In this document: one piece after another, positions 10,130-19,092 of the stretch
Position numbering within the stretch: the stretch's first letter is position 1
Layout of the letters: every line of letters begins with the position of its first letter
NCBI GenBank assembly: GCA_040390725.1
Contig: JAZJXT010000004.1
Span: 30,026 to 94,025 of the forward strand
Length of the DNA: 64,000 bases
Origin: Patescibacteria group bacterium
Lineage (GTDB): Bacteria > Patescibacteriota > Minisyncoccia > Phycocordibacterales > UBA9973
Direction of reading: 5' to 3'
Notes under the pieces: generated by a model
What the model saw: only the letters and a program-made list of their open reading frames with translations
Told to the model about the DNA's origin: nothing
Database searches by the model: none
Translations under genes and position numbers: made by a program

Positions 10130-11389
10130 ATGTTAGATATTAAATTCATTCGGGAAAATAAAGATATTGTGCAGGCAGGTGCGAAGAAAAAGCGCGTGGA
10201 AATTGATATTGAAAAGCTTATTGCGCTTGATGATGACCGTTTGAAGGTCTTGAAAGAAGTCGAAGAACTTCGCAGTGAGGTAAATAAAGTTTCAAATGAT
10301 ATAGCTCGCGACCAAGACCCAGCTTTGAAAATACAGCTCATCGAAGAAATGCGTGGAGTCAAAGAAGACATTAAGGCAAAAGAAGAAAAATTAAAACAAA
10401 TTACCGAAGAGTGGCAAGCTTTGATGTTACAAGTTCCAAATGTTCCTGATATGACAGTGCCTGATGGTGTAACTGATGCCGACAATCAAGAAATAAAAGC
10501 TTGGGGTAACAAATTTGAATTTGCTCCAAAAGATCACATAGAAATAATGACGGCATTAAAAATGTGTGATTTTGAACGTGGCGCAAAGGTGCACGGTTTT
10601 CGAGGATATTTTTTGACTGGTGATGGAGCTAGGCTTTGTTTTGCAATTTGGAATTACGCTATGGATTTTTTTGGAGACAAAGGTTTTACTCCTATTATCC
10701 CGCCGGTTATTGTACGCAAGCAAAATCTTTTCGGCACAGCGCATTTGCCGGGTGATGTCGAAGACTATTATGTGACTCAAGATGATGATGCATTGGCAGG
10801 TACAGCAGAGGTGCCTTTGATGGGTATGCATGCGGGAGAAACTTTGGATAAAAATTCTTTCCCGATAAAATATTTAGGATTCTCTCCATGTTTTCGACGT
10901 GAAGCAGGCAGTCATGGAAAAGATGTCAAAGGTCTTATTCGTGTACATGAATTTTATAAATGGGAACAAGTTATTTTGTGTGAAGCTAGTCATGAGACTT
11001 CTGTAAAATTCCATGATGAATTGAATCGCAATACGGAAGAATTTATTGAAAGTATGCACATACCTTATCGTACAGTTTTAAACTGCGGAGGGGATTTGGG
11101 CACAGGGCAAGTTAAAAAATATGACATTGAGCTTTGGGTTCCAAAAGAAGGCAAGTATCGCGAGATTTCTTCCGCTTCTTATTTCCATGATTTCCAATGC
11201 AGAAGGTTTGGCATCAGATATAAAGACGAAAATGGCAAAATGCAATATGCCCACTCTTTGAATTCTACTGCAATACCTACTCCTAGAATTCTCGTTTCCT
11301 TGATGGAAAATTTCCAGCAACCAGATGGATCTTTTAAAATCCCTGAAGTTTTGAGAAAGTACATGAGAGGCAGGGAATTCATAAAGTAA
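10130..11389 (+). CDS. serS: Seryl-tRNA synthetase
   Basis: N-terminal coiled coil (MLDIKFIRENKDIV) and class II aaRS core motifs (FRRE, GxGxGxR-like region). Confidence 0.9.
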   Translation: MLDIKFIRENKDIVQAGAKKKRVEIDIEKLIALDDDRLKVLKEVEELRSEVNKVSNDIARDQDPALKIQLIEEMRGVKEDIKAKEEKLKQITEEWQALMLQVPNVPDMTVPDGVTDADNQEIKAWGNKFEFAPKDHIEIMTALKMCDFERGAKVHGFRGYFLTGDGARLCFAIWNYAMDFFGDKGFTPIIPPVIVRKQNLFGTAHLPGDVEDYYVTQDDDALAGTAEVPLMGMHAGETLDKNSFPIKYLGFSPCFRREAGSHGKDVKGLIRVHEFYKWEQVILCEASHETSVKFHDELNRNTEEFIESMHIPYRTVLNCGGDLGTGQVKKYDIELWVPKEGKYREISSASYFHDFQCRRFGIRYKDENGKMQYAHSLNSTAIPTPRILVSLMENFQQPDGSFKIPEVLRKYMRGREFIK

Positions 11390-12213
11390 TGCAAAAAAGA
11401 ATTGTTTTAAATTCTCGACACTTAGAAGAACTTCGAAAAAAGAAGTTAAAAATTCTTCGTAATAGAATTTTATTTTTTGTTGTTAGTTTTTTAATAATTA
11501 TAGGCGGGTCGGCGGGTATTTCACATATACCAAAACTTTTAATAAAGTCAGTGGAGGTGCGGGGAGTAAAGATTTTGGATGCTGATGTATTGCAGGGTGA
11601 AGTAGAGGGTACTTTCAAAAGTAAATATAATATATTTTCTAAATACAATGTTTTTATTTATCCAAAAAGTAAAATCTCGAGAATTTTGGCTCAAATACCG
11701 CGCATAAAAACTTTTGATATTAGCTTGGAGAATTTTAACCATTTAGTCGTAAATATTTCCGAAAGAGAAAATAAATATATTTGGTGTGGAGATGAAATGC
11801 CGGCGGACAATGCAAGTTTGAAAAATACAGATTGTTATTTTATGGATGAGAATGGTTATGTCATGGAACAAGCGCCGTATTTTTCCGGTGATGTGTATTT
11901 TAGATTTTTTGGAAAAATAAACGGAGATAGTGAGAATCCATCTAGTAATTATTTCCTGCCGAATATTTTTGGAAAAATTTCTTTATTTAAAACTAATTTG
12001 GAAAAAATGGGCTTGAAGCTTTCTTCGTTTAGCGCAAAAGAAAATGGTGATATGGAGATGCGTCTTTCTTCTGGTTCGACGATTCTTTTCAAGGGTGATG
12101 CTGATTTTGACAAACTAACCGAGAATTTGCAGGCTGCATTAGTTACTGAGCCTGATTTGATTAATAAAAGTGTTGATTTACGTTTTGGCAATAAGGTTTA
12201 TTTTCTTAAATGA
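11389..12213 (+). CDS. FtsQ/DivIB-like cell-division protein (single N-terminal TM plus POTRA-like domain)
   Basis: Cytoplasmic basic N-terminus, one TM helix, then a SVEVRGVKILDADVL POTRA-like start. Overlaps the serS stop. Weak similarity only. Confidence 0.4.
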   Translation: MQKRIVLNSRHLEELRKKKLKILRNRILFFVVSFLIIIGGSAGISHIPKLLIKSVEVRGVKILDADVLQGEVEGTFKSKYNIFSKYNVFIYPKSKISRILAQIPRIKTFDISLENFNHLVVNISERENKYIWCGDEMPADNASLKNTDCYFMDENGYVMEQAPYFSGDVYFRFFGKINGDSENPSSNYFLPNIFGKISLFKTNLEKMGLKLSSFSAKENGDMEMRLSSGSTILFKGDADFDKLTENLQAALVTEPDLINKSVDLRFGNKVYFLK

Positions 12214-13268
12214 ACAATTTCTGGGAAAAACTAAAGAAACCAATTTTTGTCCTCGCGCCGATGGCAGACGTGACGGATTGCGCTTTTCGAAAAATAATAA
12301 ATAAATACGGCAAGCCGGATGTTTTTTGGACTGAGTTCGTATCAGCGGATGGACTGGCGCATCCCGTCGCGCGAGAAAAACTTTTGATTGATTTAAAATT
12401 TGAAAAAGGTGAGCATCCGATAGTCGCACAAATATTCGGAGGCCGGCCGGAGAATATTCGCGAAGCAGCCAAGCTTTGTGCTCTACTTGGTTTTGATGGT
12501 GTGGACTTAAATATGGGCTGTCCGGATAAATCAATCGAGAAGCAAAATTCCGGCGCTGGGTGCATAAAAAATCCAAAGTTAGCCATCGAGGTCATACGCG
12601 CGGCGAAAGAAGGCGCAATGTCCGCCAGTGGGCGGATTCCTGTTTCTGTGAAAACTCGTATCGGATACAATAAAGAAGAAATAGATACTTGGATAGCAGG
12701 ATTGTTGGCAGAAAAATTGCCCGTACTTACTGTGCATTTACGAACAAGAAAAGAAATGTCTTTAGTTCCTGCGCATTGGGAACTGATGCCTAGAATTATA
12801 GAATTAAGAAATAAAATTTCTCCCGAGACTTTGATAATAGGGAATGGTGATGTTGTGGATTTGAAAGATGCAGAAGAAAAAGTAAAAAAATACGGTTGTG
12901 ACGGTGTGATGCTCGGCAGGGCGATTTTTGGGAATCCGTGGTTGTTTGCAAAGTCGGAGAAAGCTTCTCTTGAAAAGCACAAAAATTTTCTGCTGAAAAT
13001 TTTATCTGTCCGTCGTCGCCACTCCTACCAAGGCTTTTCTCAAGAACTTTCTCCGACTTTGCATCACAAGCTCGAAGTCATGATAGAACATACCAAACTT
13101 TTTGAAGAAATGCTTGGCAAACATAAAAATTTCGCAATTATGAAAAAGCATTACAAGGCATATGTAAATGGTTTTGATGGAGCGAAAGAATTGCGAGTGA
13201 AACTTATGGAAGCTGAAAATGCCGACGAAGTCGAAAAAATAACAAATGATTTTTTAAAAACTTTCTGA
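12210..13268 (+). CDS. dus: tRNA-dihydrouridine synthase
   Basis: TIM-barrel Dus motifs: LAPMADVTDCAFR, DLNMGCP, plus a C-terminal helical domain. Confidence 0.85.
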   Translation: MNNFWEKLKKPIFVLAPMADVTDCAFRKIINKYGKPDVFWTEFVSADGLAHPVAREKLLIDLKFEKGEHPIVAQIFGGRPENIREAAKLCALLGFDGVDLNMGCPDKSIEKQNSGAGCIKNPKLAIEVIRAAKEGAMSASGRIPVSVKTRIGYNKEEIDTWIAGLLAEKLPVLTVHLRTRKEMSLVPAHWELMPRIIELRNKISPETLIIGNGDVVDLKDAEEKVKKYGCDGVMLGRAIFGNPWLFAKSEKASLEKHKNFLLKILSVRRRHSYQGFSQELSPTLHHKLEVMIEHTKLFEEMLGKHKNFAIMKKHYKAYVNGFDGAKELRVKLMEAENADEVEKITNDFLKTF

Positions 13269-13280
13269 TATAATCAAACA

Positions 13281-14339
13281 ATGATTGAATTAGCATTATA
13301 TCGTAAATACAGACCGCAGAATTTTGAGGAGATGCTTGGGCAAGAGCATATTGCCAGCGTTTTGCAGAATGCCATTGATACGGGTAAAATTTCACATTCG
13401 TATTTATTTGTGGGGAGCAGAGGCACAGGCAAGACCAGTGCCGCACGTATTTTTGCGCATGGTATAGGAGTTTCCAATAATGATATTTATGAAATAGATG
13501 CAGCTTCGAATAGAGGCGTGGATGATGTGCGCGAGCTTCGCGACGGAGTCAGCACTTTGCCTTTTGATTCAAAATACAAAGTTTATATTTTGGACGAGGT
13601 GCATATGTTCACCAAAGAATCTTGGAATACTCTTTTGAAAACTTTAGAAGAACCGCCGAATCATGTCATTTTTATAATGGCGACCACTGAACTTCAAAAA
13701 GTTCCCGACACTATTGTGTCTCGTTGTCAGGTTTTTACTTTCAAGAAGCCGACTGATTTAATTTTAAAAAATATGCTTTTGTCCGTAGCAGAGAAAGAAG
13801 GTTTTGAACTCGATGCCGGCTCGGCGGAACTCATTGCTATATTGGGCGATGGTTCATACCGCGATGCATTGGGTTATTTGCAGAAAGTTTTAAACTTCTC
13901 CGATAAAAAGAAAAGTAAAAAAATAAAAAGGGAAGATGTAGAAAAAATAACCGGCGCGCCGAAGACTACTTTGGTAAATAGTTTTATTTCCGCAATTGCT
14001 GAGAAAAAATTGGAAGAAGGCATAATGGCAGTGCGCAAAGCATCCGAGGAAAATTTAGATATGAAATTATTTTTGAAATTAATTATCCAGAAATTCCGAA
14101 TGGCTATTATCCTAAAATCTGCGCCGAAACTCGAAACAGAAATGGCAGGGGATTTATCAGGGGAAGATCTAGTCTTTTTAAAAGGTTTAGTAAAAAATGA
14201 TTTACCCGGCAAAGCAGGAATGTTCCACTCCGCGACACTCATAGCCCTCCTGGAGGCATATCAAAACATAGACAAAGCATTTGTGTCCGAATTGCCCCTT
14301 GAGCTTGCGTTAATAAAAATTCTGGCGTCTTCGAACTAG
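13281..14339 (+). CDS. dnaX: DNA polymerase III subunit gamma/tau, short form (AAA+ clamp-loader core only)
   Basis: YRKYRPQNFEEMLGQEHI, Walker A GSRGTGKTS, Walker B/DExx ILDEVHM, sensor motifs. 352 aa with no tau C-terminal extension. Confidence 0.85.
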   Translation: MIELALYRKYRPQNFEEMLGQEHIASVLQNAIDTGKISHSYLFVGSRGTGKTSAARIFAHGIGVSNNDIYEIDAASNRGVDDVRELRDGVSTLPFDSKYKVYILDEVHMFTKESWNTLLKTLEEPPNHVIFIMATTELQKVPDTIVSRCQVFTFKKPTDLILKNMLLSVAEKEGFELDAGSAELIAILGDGSYRDALGYLQKVLNFSDKKKSKKIKREDVEKITGAPKTTLVNSFISAIAEKKLEEGIMAVRKASEENLDMKLFLKLIIQKFRMAIILKSAPKLETEMAGDLSGEDLVFLKGLVKNDLPGKAGMFHSATLIALLEAYQNIDKAFVSELPLELALIKILASSN

Positions 14340-14383
14340 AACCATGTCAGCCAAATGTTATTAGTAATAGATAGTTTAGAAAA

Positions 14384-14707
14384 TTATCGTAAGTCTTTCC
14401 ACTGATTGGTTTCAGGATTATAAACAACAATCATTTCCCCACTTATTGGAATTTCATCTTGGTAGTAAGTAGCAGAAACAGATGTATCTGATGATTGATT
14501 CTTTCCGAATCTTCCTTTTCTCATATATTGATATTCAATAGTTTCGCCTGGCTCTTTACCATCAATTTTTACTTCAAGCAAGTAGAGTCCTTGGTTATCA
14601 GACAGCTCACGAACAAAAGTGGCATTCTCTGCTATTCGAGACATGACCTCCATTACTTCATTTTTTGTTGGGATTCTTTCGTGTTCTCCTTCAAATGGAT
14701 TTTTCAT
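14384..14707 (-). CDS. Hypothetical protein (107 aa)
   Basis: Clean ORF with non-repetitive composition and no recognisable motif. Divergent from the downstream HTH gene. Confidence 0.35.
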   Translation of the reverse strand: MKNPFEGEHERIPTKNEVMEVMSRIAENATFVRELSDNQGLYLLEVKIDGKEPGETIEYQYMRKGRFGKNQSSDTSVSATYYQDEIPISGEMIVVYNPETNQWKDLR

Positions 14708-14755
14708 ACTATAGATTATAGTATATTAAATTATTTAAGTACATAAAGCTTGGTG

Positions 14756-14785
14756 TTGATAAAAACATAAGTAAGATGTTATAAT
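14756..14785 (+). promoter_or_regulatory. Sigma70-like promoter (TTGATA-N18-TATAAT) for the 14801 gene
   Basis: TTGATA at 14756-14761 and TATAAT at 14780-14785, about 15 nt upstream of the ATG at 14801. No obvious Shine-Dalgarno sequence. Confidence 0.35.
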
Positions 14786-14800
14786 AATCATATCCTACCT

Positions 14801-15502
14801 ATGATTAAAAAAGAAACAGAAAAAGAGCTAGCTGTAAAACTTCGCAAGAATGGGCAAACTTATTCTGAGATTTTGAAAGTTATTCCTGTGGCAAAATCAA
14901 CACTTTCTCTTTGGCTTCGCGAAGTGGGCATTTCAGAAATGCACAAGCAAAGTTTTAGTGCTAAAAAGAGATTATCAGCAATGCGCGGAGGTCAAGCCAA
15001 GAAGAAGCAACGAATAGAAAAGCAAAATAAAATTATTTCTAAGGCAAAATCAGAAATTACAGGTGTTTCCTTGAAAGAATTATTTTTGATAGGGGCTGTA
15101 TTGTATTGGGCAGAGGGCGCAAAAGAAAAAGAATATCATCCAGGGTCACAGCTTCAGTTTTCCAATATGGACACGAGAATGATACAGGTTTTTCTCGTTT
15201 GGCTTTTAAAAGTGTGCAAAATTAGTAAAAATATGATAGTCTTCAATATATTTCTTCATAAAAGCCAAGAGCATAGGCTTGAAGAAGTTAAGAAATATTG
15301 GGCTGGGATAACAGGTTTTTCCAAAGACAAATTTGATACTGTTTATTGGAAAAAGAATAAGTTAAGTAAAACTAGCCGAAAAAATACTGGAGAAAAGTAT
15401 TATGGTGTGTTAAAAATAAAGGTAAGGACGAGTTCGGATTTAGTCAGAAAAATAGCAGGCTGGACGGATGGAATTTTTGAAAAAATAAATAGTGTTAAAT
15501 AA
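14801..15502 (+). CDS. Hypothetical protein with N-terminal helix-turn-helix
   Basis: The N-terminus (ELAVKLRKNGQTYSEILKVIPVAKSTLSLWLRE) has the pattern of an HTH of the transposase/resolvase-N type. The rest is unrecognised. Sits immediately upstream of tRNA-Gln. Confidence 0.45.
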   Translation: MIKKETEKELAVKLRKNGQTYSEILKVIPVAKSTLSLWLREVGISEMHKQSFSAKKRLSAMRGGQAKKKQRIEKQNKIISKAKSEITGVSLKELFLIGAVLYWAEGAKEKEYHPGSQLQFSNMDTRMIQVFLVWLLKVCKISKNMIVFNIFLHKSQEHRLEEVKKYWAGITGFSKDKFDTVYWKKNKLSKTSRKNTGEKYYGVLKIKVRTSSDLVRKIAGWTDGIFEKINSVK

Positions 15503-15516
15503 ATTGTCACTACCGC

Positions 15517-15587
15517 TGGGAGATCGTCTAATGGTAGGACTCCTCCCTTTGAAGGAGGCTATCTTGGTTCGAATCCAGGTCTCCCAG
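15517..15587 (+). tRNA. tRNA-Gln (anticodon TTG)
   Basis: Hand-folded: acceptor TGGGAGA/TCTCCCA (U1-A72 as in bacterial tRNA-Gln), D stem GTCT/GGAC, anticodon stem CCTCC/GGAGG with loop CTTTGAA (anticodon TTG), T arm CTTGG-TTCGAAT-CCAGG, discriminator G. Confidence 0.75.
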
Positions 15588-15620
15588 CAGTGTTGAGAAT
15601 TATCTATTTAATAAAATTAC

Positions 15621-15833
15621 ATGAGTATTAATATTAAAAACGTAAAAGGAGATATAATTGCTAGTGAAAAACAAACCGGTGGTTTTACCGGGAAAGCTAC
15701 TAATTGTTATAATTTCTTTGATAAAAATAAAAAATCTATGATTATTTCTACACTACTATTTATAGTTGCATTAATAGCATTTTTTTCAAATTTAACAACT
15801 ATTTTAAATTATTTTAAAATTATTATTTTTTAA
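15621..15833 (+). CDS. Small protein: conserved N-terminal module plus one C-terminal TM helix
   Basis: 70 aa. The N-terminal INIKNVKGDIIASEKQTGGFTG is paralogous to the N-terminus of the next ORF. The C-terminal half is a hydrophobic helix (IISTLLFIVALIAFF). The stop lies 3 nt before the next start. Confidence 0.45.
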   Translation: MSINIKNVKGDIIASEKQTGGFTGKATNCYNFFDKNKKSMIISTLLFIVALIAFFSNLTTILNYFKIIIF

Positions 15834-15835
15834 TA

Positions 15836-16378
15836 ATGTCAGAAGAAAATAAAAACCAAATAAATATCGATAACATATCTGGCGATGTAGTAGTTTCAGA
15901 GTATCAATCAGGGGGCATAACAGCTCATTCTGTGTATATCACTCAAGGAGTTAATAAAAGGGTATTAACCAATAAAATTGATAATATTATTGAGGAATTA
16001 AAAAAAAGTCCAGTTGCAGCGTACAGATTACATTATGCACCAGGCGACGATGAAGTTAATAAACTTACAAATGAACTCAACTACATATTATCTAGTTGTG
16101 GTTGGAAAAAGATGAATCCAGTACAACGTCTTGGTGGCCATAACTTACCAGTAGGAATTACAATTTTTATGTTAAAGCCAGAAGAACCTCTGACCACCCT
16201 TGTTAACTTGTTATGGAATGCGTTAGGTCATCAAGGTGTTGAGGGAAATGTTTTAGTTGATGTAAAAAATATTTTTACTATTCATGGATGGCCACCAGTA
16301 GAATTACCTATAGGAATGAATGGCGCAGTGATTTTTATAGGTTCTAATCCTGATCAATTACATAATTTCCATGCCTAA
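15836..16378 (+). CDS. Hypothetical protein (180 aa) sharing the N-terminal module with the preceding ORF
   Basis: INIDNISGDVVVSEYQSGGITA aligns with the upstream ORF, giving the consensus INIxN[VI]xGD[IV][IV]xSExQ[ST]GG[FI]T. Unrecognised ~150-aa soluble domain. The 3' end overlaps the ATP-grasp start by 8 nt. Confidence 0.5.
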   Translation: MSEENKNQINIDNISGDVVVSEYQSGGITAHSVYITQGVNKRVLTNKIDNIIEELKKSPVAAYRLHYAPGDDEVNKLTNELNYILSSCGWKKMNPVQRLGGHNLPVGITIFMLKPEEPLTTLVNLLWNALGHQGVEGNVLVDVKNIFTIHGWPPVELPIGMNGAVIFIGSNPDQLHNFHA

Positions 16379-17396
16379 ACAAAAGAAAAAATCATTTACT
16401 CCATTACTGGGGCAAGTTTTGAAAAAGATTGCTCATCGGATTGGGGCGACTGTTGTGATGGAGCCGGAATATAATATTGTGGGGCAGATTATTTACAAAA
16501 GCGGAAGGAAAAGATATTTTAGATACTCCAGTCTCGACTTAAATTCTTTGGGGGCTTCAGAAATTGCCAAAGACAAAGATTATGCGAATTTTTTTATGAA
16601 AAGAATGGGCTATCCAATAGTTCCCGATACTAAAACTTTTTTTAAAACGCAGTGGGCTATGGCAATAGGCGAGCCAGGGCGCAACATGCTATCCGCTTAT
16701 AATTATGCTAAGAAAATCGGTTTCCCTGTGATAGTCAAACCAAACAGCGGGAGTCAAGGCTCGGGGGTAACATTGGTGCATAATAAAAAAGAACTTTACA
16801 GGGCGATGCGTTTTATATTTAAAAATGACAGAGTCGCTATGGTTCAAAGAAAAGTAGAAGGCAAAGACTATCGTCTGGTAGTTTTGGATAATCAAATTAT
16901 TTCGGCTTATGAGCGCATACCCTCGAGTGTCGTCGGTGATGGCAAGTCAAATATACTACAGCTCATGCAAATAAAACAAAAAGATTTTATTGCTTCGAGT
17001 CGTGATACGCAATTAAAATTCACTGACCCGCGTATAAAAGAAAAATTAAAACATTTCGGACTAAATTTAAAATCCGTTTTAGCACGAGGGCAAAGAATTT
17101 ATTTATTGGATAATGCAAATCTTTCCACGGGCGGAGATTCTATCGATGTGACTAAAAAAGTTCATCCTTTATTTAAAAAATTAGCTATAAAGCTGACAAA
17201 AGATATGGGGCTCAGGCTTTGCGGAGTAGATTTGATGGTTAAAGGCGACATAAGTGAGAAGCCAAATACATATTGGGTGCTTGAAATAAATTCTGCGCCG
17301 GGACTCGACCATTATGCCAAAACAGGTAAAGCCCAAGAAAAAATCGTTGAAGACTTGTATCTGCAAGTTTTAAAAAGCATGGAAAAAGCAAAATAA
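16371..17396 (+). CDS. ATP-grasp family ligase (resembles the cyanophycin-synthetase / RimK-type ATP-grasp module)
   Basis: ATP-grasp fold signatures: FPVIVKPNSGSQGSGV (central lysine region), DYRLVVLDNQ, NANLSTGGDSIDVT (typical of CphA-like ATP-grasp domains), WVLEINSAPGL. Confidence 0.7.
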   Translation: MPKQKKKSFTPLLGQVLKKIAHRIGATVVMEPEYNIVGQIIYKSGRKRYFRYSSLDLNSLGASEIAKDKDYANFFMKRMGYPIVPDTKTFFKTQWAMAIGEPGRNMLSAYNYAKKIGFPVIVKPNSGSQGSGVTLVHNKKELYRAMRFIFKNDRVAMVQRKVEGKDYRLVVLDNQIISAYERIPSSVVGDGKSNILQLMQIKQKDFIASSRDTQLKFTDPRIKEKLKHFGLNLKSVLARGQRIYLLDNANLSTGGDSIDVTKKVHPLFKKLAIKLTKDMGLRLCGVDLMVKGDISEKPNTYWVLEINSAPGLDHYAKTGKAQEKIVEDLYLQVLKSMEKAK

Positions 17397-17416
17397 AATG
17401 TTAGAATGAAATTTCT

Positions 17417-18067
17417 ATGGAACAGCCATTTATAAGTTGGGCGGAAAAGCAATTGGGCGGGAATATCGTCGTAAACAGAGAAGTTTGCGGGAATCAAAGC
17501 ACCGTTTATAACTTGGCGACTCCGCAAGGAAATTATTTTTTGAAAATTGCTCCGGATTTAGAACAAGAACGTCAGAGTATAGAGAAAGTTAGTGGGAAAT
17601 TACCAGTACCGAAAGTCATAGCTTTTGCGTGTATTGGGGACAAGGATGCATTATTATTGTCAGCATTGCCTGGAGATAATTTAAAAAAATTTAGCAAAGA
17701 ATGGCCAGTGGAAAAAATCATAGACAAGATGGTTGAAACTTTGCGAGAACTTCATAATGTGAATACGGAAATTTATTCAGACGATGGAAACATCGAAGGA
17801 AAAGTCATAGTGCACGGTGATGCTTGCCTGCCGAATTTTATTTTTGAAGGGGATAAATTTTCCGGTTTTGTTGACCTGGGTGATATGCGAGTAGATGATG
17901 CGGATGTGGACCTAGCCGCGGCTGTGTGGAGCCTGGATTATAATTTCGGCAAAGGGCACGGGTTAAAATTCTTGGATAAATACGGTGTGAAAAATCCAAC
18001 GGAAGAAATGGTGGAAAATTTGGAAAAAAAATACGAAGAAATGCAAAAAAAGTGGGGGTTACTTTGA
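17417..18067 (+). CDS. Aminoglycoside-phosphotransferase (APH)/choline-kinase-like small-molecule kinase
   Basis: Brenner motif VIVHGDACLPNFIF (HGDxxxxN) and Mg-binding FVDLGDMRVDD (DxGD). Short at 216 aa. Confidence 0.7.
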   Translation: MEQPFISWAEKQLGGNIVVNREVCGNQSTVYNLATPQGNYFLKIAPDLEQERQSIEKVSGKLPVPKVIAFACIGDKDALLLSALPGDNLKKFSKEWPVEKIIDKMVETLRELHNVNTEIYSDDGNIEGKVIVHGDACLPNFIFEGDKFSGFVDLGDMRVDDADVDLAAAVWSLDYNFGKGHGLKFLDKYGVKNPTEEMVENLEKKYEEMQKKWGLL

Positions 18068-18157
18068 AAGCTTGACTTTTAAAGCTCCATATGATAATAT
18101 AAACTTTGTAGGAAGAAAATTTGTTCTTTCCGGTAATTAATTTTTTAAAAAAAGATT

Positions 18158-18511
18158 ATGAAAAAATTTAAATTTTTACTACTAAATTTTTTTAGTGGCA
18201 ACGAAGAAGGTTTTGAAATCCTGAAATCCAAGATTATCGGGATTTTAGGGAAAAAAACCTTAAGGGTTGAAAAAATTTTTAAACCCAAAAAAGACCTATC
18301 ATTATCTGGTTGTGTAGAATTACTAAAAAAACATAGCCACGTTTCACATTCAGAATTAATTAATTTATTCTGGCACATTGTGGATAAATGGACAAATAAA
18401 ACATCTCCATCTTGTCAAATGCAAATATTGACAGATGGAACAATAGTGTTTTTTCAAGGAAACTACGATTCTGATAATTGTCAGATTAGGTTTCTTATTC
18501 ATGAACGTTAA
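18158..18511 (+). CDS. Hypothetical protein (117 aa)
   Basis: ORF with no recognisable motifs, followed by a strong terminator. Confidence 0.35.
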   Translation: MKKFKFLLLNFFSGNEEGFEILKSKIIGILGKKTLRVEKIFKPKKDLSLSGCVELLKKHSHVSHSELINLFWHIVDKWTNKTSPSCQMQILTDGTIVFFQGNYDSDNCQIRFLIHER

Positions 18512-18526
18512 ACTTTTGTTGTATAG

Positions 18527-18579
18527 CCCGCCCCTGGTCCTTCAAGTCAATACTTGAGGACCAGGGGCATTTTTTTGCC
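18527..18579 (+). terminator. Rho-independent terminator
   Basis: GC-rich 11-bp stem GCCCCTGGTCC ... GGACCAGGGGC followed by ATTTTTTTG. Confidence 0.65.
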
Positions 18580-18618
18580 AATTTTTAATAATATTTTAAA
18601 ATATGCTAGAATATAAAA

Positions 18619-19062
18619 ATGCAAAATTTAAAAGTTGCCAAAATAGAAAATACTATTGAGACAATTACAGCGGGTGGAGTCGTTATGAACGATGGCAAAG
18701 TTATTGTCGTAAATCAAAATGGTAATTCGTGGTCTTTGCCGAAGGGGCATATCGAAGCAGGTGAAAATTTGATGGATGCAGCTAAAAGGGAAATATATGA
18801 AGAGTCAGGGATTACAGAACTGGAATACATAAAACCACTTGGCAAATATGCCAGGCATAAAATAGGTAAAGATGGAAATACTGATTCTTCTGAATTAAAA
18901 CACATAACAATATTTTTATTTAAAACAAAAGAAACAGAACTCAATCCGCAAGACAAAGAAAATCCAGAAGCAATCTGGCTCCCGATATCCGAAGTTTCAT
19001 CCAAACTTACTCACCAAAAAGATAAAGAATTTTTCGAGTCGGTGATTAGTTTGTTGAAATAA
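18619..19062 (+). CDS. NUDIX hydrolase
   Basis: Nudix box GHIEAGENLMDAAKREIYEESGI (GX5EX7REUXEEXGU). Confidence 0.8.
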   Translation: MQNLKVAKIENTIETITAGGVVMNDGKVIVVNQNGNSWSLPKGHIEAGENLMDAAKREIYEESGITELEYIKPLGKYARHKIGKDGNTDSSELKHITIFLFKTKETELNPQDKENPEAIWLPISEVSSKLTHQKDKEFFESVISLLK

Positions 19063-19092
19063 TTTTTTATTAAATTATGTTAATATGTAAAT

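Noticed and set aside
15621-16378. Interpreting the shared N-terminal module ending in GG as a canonical double-glycine bacteriocin leader
   Set aside because: Positions -4, -7 and -8 relative to GG do not fit the LSxxELxxIxGG consensus, and no C39-peptidase ABC transporter is adjacent. Retained only as a generic leader-like module.
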